Below, piece after piece: positions 58,048-64,000 of a stretch of DNA of 64,000 nt (positions within the stretch are counted from its first letter, which is position 1; every line of letters begins with the position of its first letter). This DNA is from Escherichia coli (GTDB taxonomy: Bacteria > Pseudomonadota > Gammaproteobacteria > Enterobacterales > Enterobacteriaceae): the NCBI RefSeq assembly GCF_001677475.2, contig NZ_CP015229.1. One strand, written 5' to 3'. The translations under genes and the position numbers were made by a program. Under the pieces are notes generated by a model. The model searched no databases and was not told the DNA's origin. It saw only the letters and a program-made list of their open reading frames with translations.

Positions 58048-58117
58048 TGAATTGTCCTGAAAATTGCGGGTCTGTCAGGTGGAAACCTGTGACCAGAATA
58101 GAAGTGAGTAAGTAACA

Positions 58118-58453
58118 CTACCCAATCAGCACGTTAATTTTGGCTTTAATGAGCTGTAATTCCTCTGGGGCAACCGTTCCTTTTTTCGTTGCTCCTCTTG
58201 CCCGCCAGGCGATACTTTTTACCTGATCAGCTAACGCTACGCCATCACGTTTCTGACCGGATAAAACAACTTCGAACGGATATCCTTTTGATTGCGTTGT
58301 ACAAGGAACACACAAACACATACCTGTTTTGTTGTTGTACATGAACGGACTCAGGACAACAGCCGGACGATGTCCGGCTTGCTCGCTACCTTTTGTCGGG
58401 TCAAAATCAACCCAAATCAGATCGCCCGTATCGGGTACGTATCGGCTTACCAT
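58118..58453 (-). CDS. mazF: mRNA interferase toxin MazF
   Basis: 111 aa; [35 protein letters not shown]… (PemK/MazF fold). Confidence 0.95.
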   Translation of the reverse strand: MVSRYVPDTGDLIWVDFDPTKGSEQAGHRPAVVLSPFMYNNKTGMCLCVPCTTQSKGYPFEVVLSGQKRDGVALADQVKSIAWRARGATKKGTVAPEELQLIKAKINVLIG

Positions 58454-58701
58454 TACCAGACTTCCTTATCTTTCGGCTCCCCCCAGTCGATATTCTCGTG
58501 GAGGTTTTCCGGCGTGATGTCGTTGACCAGTTCAGCAAGCGTAAATACGGGCTCTTTACGCACTGGCTCAATAATTAATTTGCCATCCACCAGGTCAATC
58601 TTCACTTCATCATCAATATTCAGATTGAGCGCCTGCATTAACGTAGCCGGGATCCGCACTGCAGGAGAATTTCCCCAACGCTTTACGCTACTGTGGATCA
58701 T
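58453..58701 (-). CDS. mazE: Antitoxin MazE
   Basis: 82 aa; AbrB-type swapped-hairpin N-terminus ([19 protein letters not shown]…); 1-nt overlap with mazF. Confidence 0.95.
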
Positions 58702-58724
58702 AACCCTTTCCTCAAACCGCTATC

Positions 58725-58775
58725 ATATGTAGATACAGTATATATCAATCTACATTGTAGATACGAGCTAATTTC
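58725..58775 (-). promoter_or_regulatory. mazEF promoter/operator region with alternating palindrome
   Basis: TGTAGATAC direct repeats and GTAGAT/ATCTAC inverted repeats (ATGTAGATACAGTATATATCAATCTACATTGTAGATAC) 25-75 nt upstream of mazE; matches the recalled MazE-MazF autoregulatory site. Confidence 0.45.
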
Positions 58776-58778
58776 GGT

Positions 58779-61013
58779 CTAACTCCCGTGCAACCGACGC
58801 GCGTCGATAACATCCGGCACCTGGTTGAGTTTACCCAGCACGCGGCCCAGCACTTGCAGGTTGTAAATCTCAATGGTCATGTCGATGGTCGCCAGTTGCT
58901 GTTTGGTGTCGCTACGGCTGGCAACGCCAAGTACGTTCACCTTCTCGTTGGCGAGAATGGTCGTGATATCACGTAACAACCCACTACGATCATTAGCCAC
59001 CACGCGGACCACCAGCGAATACCCGGCGGAGTAGCTCTCGCCCCATACCGCATCAACAATGCGTTCCGGCGCATGGGAGCGCAGTTCCGCCAGTTGTTCG
59101 CAATCGGCGCGGTGTACTGAAATACCGCGTCCCTGGGTAATGAAGCCGACAATCTCATCTCCAGGAATCGGCTGGCAGCAGCGCGCGATGTGGTGCATCA
59201 GGTTACCGACACCTTCAACCACCACACGACCGTTATCTTTACTGCGGTTTTGCGGTGTGTAGCTTTTTTGCTGAAGCTGTTTCAGCGCGGCGGCGTCCTG
59301 CTCTTCGGCACTCGGCTTATTAAATTGCGATTGCAGGAAGTTCACCATCTGATTGAGACGGATATCCCCGCCACCAATCGCCGCCAGCAACTCGTCGACA
59401 TCATTGAAGTTGTAACGCGGCAGCAGATGTTTTTCTGCTTCTTTCAGGCTGATCCCCAGATGTTCCAGCTCGTCGTCAAGGATTTGCCGCCCAGCCAGAA
59501 TGTTTTTGTCACGGTCCTGTTTACGGAACCAGGCGTGAATTTTCGAACGCCCACGGCTGGTTGTGACGTAACCGAGGTTTGGGTTTAACCAGTCACGGCT
59601 GGGGTTCGGCTGTTTCTGGGTGATAATTTCAATCTGGTCGCCCATCTGCAGCTGGTAGGTGAACGGCACAATGCGCCCGCCAATTTTTGCCCCAATGCAG
59701 CGGTGTCCGACATCACTGTGGATGTGGTAAGCGAAGTCCAGCGGCGTTGATCCCGCAGGCAAATCAACGACGTCACCTTTCGGCGTAAAGACGTACACCC
59801 GGTCGTCAAAGACCTGGCTGCGTACTTCGTCGAGCATTTCGCCGGAATCAGCCATCTCTTCCTGCCACGCAATCAGTTTACGCAGCCAGGCAATTCGGTC
59901 TTCATGTCCCGAACGTGCGCCGCCAGCTGCCGCGCCTTCTTTATATTTCCAGTGCGCAGCAACACCCAACTCTGCATCTTCATGCATCTGTTTGGTGCGG
60001 ATTTGGATCTCTACGGTTTTGCCACCCGGCCCCAGAACCACGGTATGAATAGACTGATAACCGTTTGGTTTCGGGTTAGCGACGTAATCGTCAAACTCAT
60101 CCGGCAGGTGGCGATAGTGAGTGTGCACTATCCCCAGTGCGGCATAACAATCCTGTAAACGCTCGGCGACAATACGTACCGCACGCACATCAAACAGCTC
60201 ATCGAAGGCGAGGTTCTTTTTCTGCATTTTGCGCCAGATGCTGTAGATGTGTTTCGGTCGACCATACACTTCAGCTTTAACGCCTTCAGCTTTCATCTCA
60301 GCGCGCAGATGGCCGACAAACTCTTCGATATAGTGTTCGCGGTCGAGACGGCGTTCATGCAACAGTTTTGCGATGCGTTTGTATTCGGTCGGGTGGAGAT
60401 AACGGAAGCAGTAATCTTCCAGCTCCCATTTCAGTTGCCCAATCCCAAGACGGTTTGCCAACGGCGCGTAGATATTGGTGCACTCTTTTGCCGCCAGTAC
60501 GCGTTCATCTTCCGGCGCATCTTTTACTTCACGCAGATGAGCAATACGCTCCGCCAGTTTGATGACCACGCAGCGAAAATCATCGACCATCGCCAATAAC
60601 ATCCGGCGAACGTTATCGACCTGTTCGGAGGAAACAGAATCAGTGTGCGTCGCTTTCAGCTGGCGGATCGCCGCCATATCACGCACGCCGTGAATAAGGT
60701 TAACGACAGACTTACCGACGCTCTCACGCAGCACATCTTCGCTGACTACGTTGGCATCGGCCAGAGGGAACAGCAGCGCCGCCCGCAGCGTGTCAATGTC
60801 CATACTTAATGTCGAGAGGATCTCCACCATCTCAACACCACGCCACAATAACAGACTGGCATCCGGATGCCCCTGCGTCTGTTGCAGACAATACGCCCAG
60901 GTTTCGGCTAAGCACTCACACGACTTCTGGCTGGTAATACCCAGACTTGCGATCCATTTTTCCGGATCAAATTCACCAGCCTTATTGATATGTGCACTTC
61001 TTACCGCAACCAT
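58779..61013 (-). CDS. relA: GTP pyrophosphokinase, (p)ppGpp synthetase I
   Basis: 744 aa; RelA/SpoT synthetase domain, TGS and ACT domains. Confidence 0.98.
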   Translation of the reverse strand: MVAVRSAHINKAGEFDPEKWIASLGITSQKSCECLAETWAYCLQQTQGHPDASLLLWRGVEMVEILSTLSMDIDTLRAALLFPLADANVVSEDVLRESVGKSVVNLIHGVRDMAAIRQLKATHTDSVSSEQVDNVRRMLLAMVDDFRCVVIKLAERIAHLREVKDAPEDERVLAAKECTNIYAPLANRLGIGQLKWELEDYCFRYLHPTEYKRIAKLLHERRLDREHYIEEFVGHLRAEMKAEGVKAEVYGRPKHIYSIWRKMQKKNLAFDELFDVRAVRIVAERLQDCYAALGIVHTHYRHLPDEFDDYVANPKPNGYQSIHTVVLGPGGKTVEIQIRTKQMHEDAELGVAAHWKYKEGAAAGGARSGHEDRIAWLRKLIAWQEEMADSGEMLDEVRSQVFDDRVYVFTPKGDVVDLPAGSTPLDFAYHIHSDVGHRCIGAKIGGRIVPFTYQLQMGDQIEIITQKQPNPSRDWLNPNLGYVTTSRGRSKIHAWFRKQDRDKNILAGRQILDDELEHLGISLKEAEKHLLPRYNFNDVDELLAAIGGGDIRLNQMVNFLQSQFNKPSAEEQDAAALKQLQQKSYTPQNRSKDNGRVVVEGVGNLMHHIARCCQPIPGDEIVGFITQGRGISVHRADCEQLAELRSHAPERIVDAVWGESYSAGYSLVVRVVANDRSGLLRDITTILANEKVNVLGVASRSDTKQQLATIDMTIEIYNLQVLGRVLGKLNQVPDVIDARRLHGS

Positions 61014-61060
61014 CGTCCTCTCCTTTAGGGACCAGACCTGCCGAAATCGGCAAATCGCAA

Positions 61061-62362
61061 CTATTTAACGCGCGAGAAAAGTACCATCGATTCCAGATGT
61101 CCCGTGTGTGGGAACATATCCAGCATCGCCAGTCGCGCAATGGTAAATCCTGCTTTTAATAACGCTTCGCTATCCCGAGCCAGCGTTGCAGGGTTACAGG
61201 ATACATAAACTATACGAATAGGTTCCAGTTTTATAATTTGCTGCATAACACCTGCGGCACCTGCTCGCGCCGGGTCCAGCAACACTTTATCGAAGCCGTT
61301 TTTCGCCCACGGCTGCTTTGTGACATCTTCTTCAAGATTTTCGTGATAAAACGTCACATTCTGTAAGCCATTAAGACGCGCATTCTGCTGGCCTTTTTCC
61401 ACCAGCGCCGGAACACCTTCTACACCGACCACACTGGCAGCTTGTGTCGCCAATGGCAGTGTAAAGTTGCCCATTCCGCAGAACAGATCCAGTACGCGAT
61501 CTTCAGGTTGCACATCCAGCCATTCCAACGCACGCGCTACCATTTTTTGGTTCACACCCGCATTGACCTGAATAAAATCGCGCGGGCTAAAAGTTAAGCG
61601 CAACCCATTTGAGTCATACCAAGGCATCTCACCAGAGACGGTTTCGAGTATCTCACTATCGGGGGCGAGATACAGATCCAGGCCTTCAGAATGCGAAAAG
61701 CGTTCCAGTTTTTCGCGATCTGCCGAACTTAGCGGTGCGGTATGGCGCAAAATCATCAGCGTGCCGCTGGTTGCCTGTACCAGTTCAACATGACCAAGAT
61801 GGCGCATAGCTTGTAAGCTGCCCAGGCATGCCCTGACTTTGGGCAGCAATGCTTCAAGTTGGGGCACTAAAATGGGGCATTGTTTAACGTCGACAATGTC
61901 ACTGGAGCCCGCTTTGCGAAACCCCATCTGAAGTTGCTGTGTTTTCGGTAAGTAGTTCAGACTTAAACGCGCGCGACGGCGATAGCCCCAGGGAACATCG
62001 GCGATCACTTCAGAGACTTCGTGTTTCATTAATCGGGCGAGTGCCGCACTTTTGCTTCGCTGCTGTAAATCCACACTGGCGTGTTGTTGCTGACAGCCGC
62101 CGCATACGCCAAAATGAGGACAGCGTGGCGTTTCGCGTTCCGGGCTATCGCTTAACCGGCGTACGACTTTAGCGCGGGCATACTGTTTTTTATCTTCAGT
62201 AACAGTAACTTCCGCGTTTTCCTGCGGCAATAATCCGGGGATAAATAGCGTTTTGCCGTTATGTCGCGCCACGCCCTGACCAAAAGAGTCGAGGTCGTTG
62301 ACTGAAACGGTTATGATCTGACGCGTCGTCGTGCGTCGTTTTGCAGAGTAGAATTGCGCCAT
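61061..62362 (-). CDS. rlmD: 23S rRNA (uracil1939-C5)-methyltransferase RlmD (RumA)
   Basis: 433 aa; TRAM domain, 4Fe-4S Cys motif ([11 protein letters not shown]), SAM-dependent MTase fold. Confidence 0.95.
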   Translation of the reverse strand: MAQFYSAKRRTTTRQIITVSVNDLDSFGQGVARHNGKTLFIPGLLPQENAEVTVTEDKKQYARAKVVRRLSDSPERETPRCPHFGVCGGCQQQHASVDLQQRSKSAALARLMKHEVSEVIADVPWGYRRRARLSLNYLPKTQQLQMGFRKAGSSDIVDVKQCPILVPQLEALLPKVRACLGSLQAMRHLGHVELVQATSGTLMILRHTAPLSSADREKLERFSHSEGLDLYLAPDSEILETVSGEMPWYDSNGLRLTFSPRDFIQVNAGVNQKMVARALEWLDVQPEDRVLDLFCGMGNFTLPLATQAASVVGVEGVPALVEKGQQNARLNGLQNVTFYHENLEEDVTKQPWAKNGFDKVLLDPARAGAAGVMQQIIKLEPIRIVYVSCNPATLARDSEALLKAGFTIARLAMLDMFPHTGHLESMVLFSRVK

Positions 62363-62418
62363 TGGCGAGACTTTCTCAATTTAACAGTGTGACCTTAATT
62401 GTCCCATAACGGAACTCC

Positions 62419-64000
62419 ATGACCAACTACAGCCTGCGCGCACGCATGATGATTCTGATCCTGGCACCGACCGTCCTTATTGGTTTATTGCTGAGTATCT
62501 TTTTCGTCGTGCATCGCTATAACGACTTGCAGCGTCAACTGGAAGATGCCGGTGCCAGCATTATTGAGCCGCTTGCAGTTTCTACTGAATATGGCATGAG
62601 CCTGCAAAATCGCGAATCTATCGGTCAGTTAATAAGCGTACTGCATCGTCGCCATTCCGATATTGTTCGCGCGATTTCGGTTTATGATGAAAATAACCGA
62701 CTCTTTGTCACCTCCAATTTTCATCTTGATCCTTCATCAATGCAGCTCGGCAGCAACGTGCCGTTTCCACGCCAGCTCACTGTCACTCGTGACGGCGATA
62801 TTATGATCCTCCGCACGCCGATTATTTCTGAGAGTTACTCCCCCGACGAATCGCCCAGTAGCGATGCCAAAAATAGTCAAAATATGTTGGGATATATTGC
62901 GCTTGAGCTGGATCTTAAATCGGTTCGCTTGCAGCAATATAAAGAGATCTTTATTTCCAGCGTGATGATGCTGTTTTGTATCGGTATTGCGCTTATTTTT
63001 GGCTGGCGCTTAATGCGCGATGTAACCGGTCCGATTCGCAACATGGTGAATACCGTCGACCGCATCCGTCGCGGGCAACTCGACAGCCGGGTGGAAGGAT
63101 TTATGCTCGGCGAGCTGGATATGCTGAAAAACGGTATCAACTCGATGGCAATGTCGCTGGCTGCTTATCACGAAGAGATGCAGCACAATATCGACCAGGC
63201 GACGTCCGATCTGCGTGAAACGCTGGAGCAGATGGAAATTCAGAACGTTGAGTTGGATCTGGCGAAAAAGCGCGCCCAGGAAGCGGCGCGTATTAAATCC
63301 GAGTTTTTGGCAAATATGTCACACGAGCTGCGTACACCACTGAATGGTGTTATTGGCTTTACCCGCCTGACGCTGAAAACAGAATTAACACCAACGCAGC
63401 GCGATCACCTGAATACGATTGAACGTTCGGCAAATAATTTGCTGGCAATTATTAATGATGTTCTCGACTTCTCGAAACTGGAAGCAGGTAAGCTGATTCT
63501 GGAAAGTATTCCATTCCCACTACGCAGCACGCTGGATGAAGTCGTTACCCTGCTGGCACATTCTTCTCACGATAAAGGGCTGGAACTGACGCTCAATATT
63601 AAGAGCGACGTGCCCGATAACGTAATTGGCGACCCACTGCGATTACAGCAAATCATCACTAACCTGGTAGGGAATGCAATTAAATTCACCGAGAATGGCA
63701 ACATTGATATTCTGGTAGAAAAACGTGCGCTGAGTAATACCAAAGTTCAGATTGAAGTGCAGATTCGGGATACCGGCATTGGTATTCCTGAACGCGATCA
63801 ATCGCGCTTATTCCAGGCCTTCCGACAGGCTGATGCCAGTATTTCCCGCCGTCATGGTGGCACCGGGCTGGGGCTGGTGATTACACAAAAACTGGTTAAT
63901 GAAATGGGCGGCGATATTTCGTTCCATAGCCAGCCGAATCGCGGTTCAACTTTCTGGTTCCACATTAATCTCGATCTGAATCCGAACATTATTATCGAAG
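62419..64000 (+). CDS. barA: Two-component sensor histidine kinase BarA, N-terminal part (continues beyond window)
   Basis: ATG 62419 ([22 protein letters not shown]…), TM segments, HAMP, H-box ([17 protein letters not shown]) and ATPase motifs (GTGLGL); no stop before the window end. Confidence 0.93.

Overview
This window reads as an Escherichia coli chromosomal segment, judged from gene order and protein motifs recalled from memory; no database search was possible. Order: fhlA (3' end) - Mop-like gene - ygbA - mutS - pphB - ygbIJKLMN - UbiX/UbiD-type decarboxylase operon with MarR regulator - rpoS - nlpD - pcm - surE - truD - ispF - ispD - ftsB - ygbE - cysCND - iap - CRISPR array 1 - cas2/cas1/cas6e/cas5/cas7/cse2/cse1/cas3 (type I-E) - cysHIJ - queD - ygcNOP / ygcQRSUW / yqcE-ygcE island - CRISPR array 2 - queE - ygcG - eno - pyrG - mazG - mazFE - relA - rlmD - barA (5' part). 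The Cas proteins are strongly diverged from the K-12 set as I recall it, and the decarboxylase insert between ygbN and rpoS is absent from K-12, so this is a non-K-12 variant. CDS boundaries come from the supplied ORF track, with starts adjusted where a ribosome-binding site or known protein length argues for an internal or alternative start. The most interesting unexplained signals are: (1) mirror-image terminator-like hairpins with U-tracts in the divergent ygcW and yqcE leaders that share a 5'-arm motif, in a locus encoding a GlpP-like antiterminator (ygcP); (2) CRISPR-repeat-like sequences on both sides of cas3, including a 25/29 inverted solo repeat just downstream of it; (3) a perfect 14-bp inverted repeat in the cas3-cysH intergenic region; (4) two arrays that use different repeat variants. 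No IS element, integrase or prophage signature was seen.
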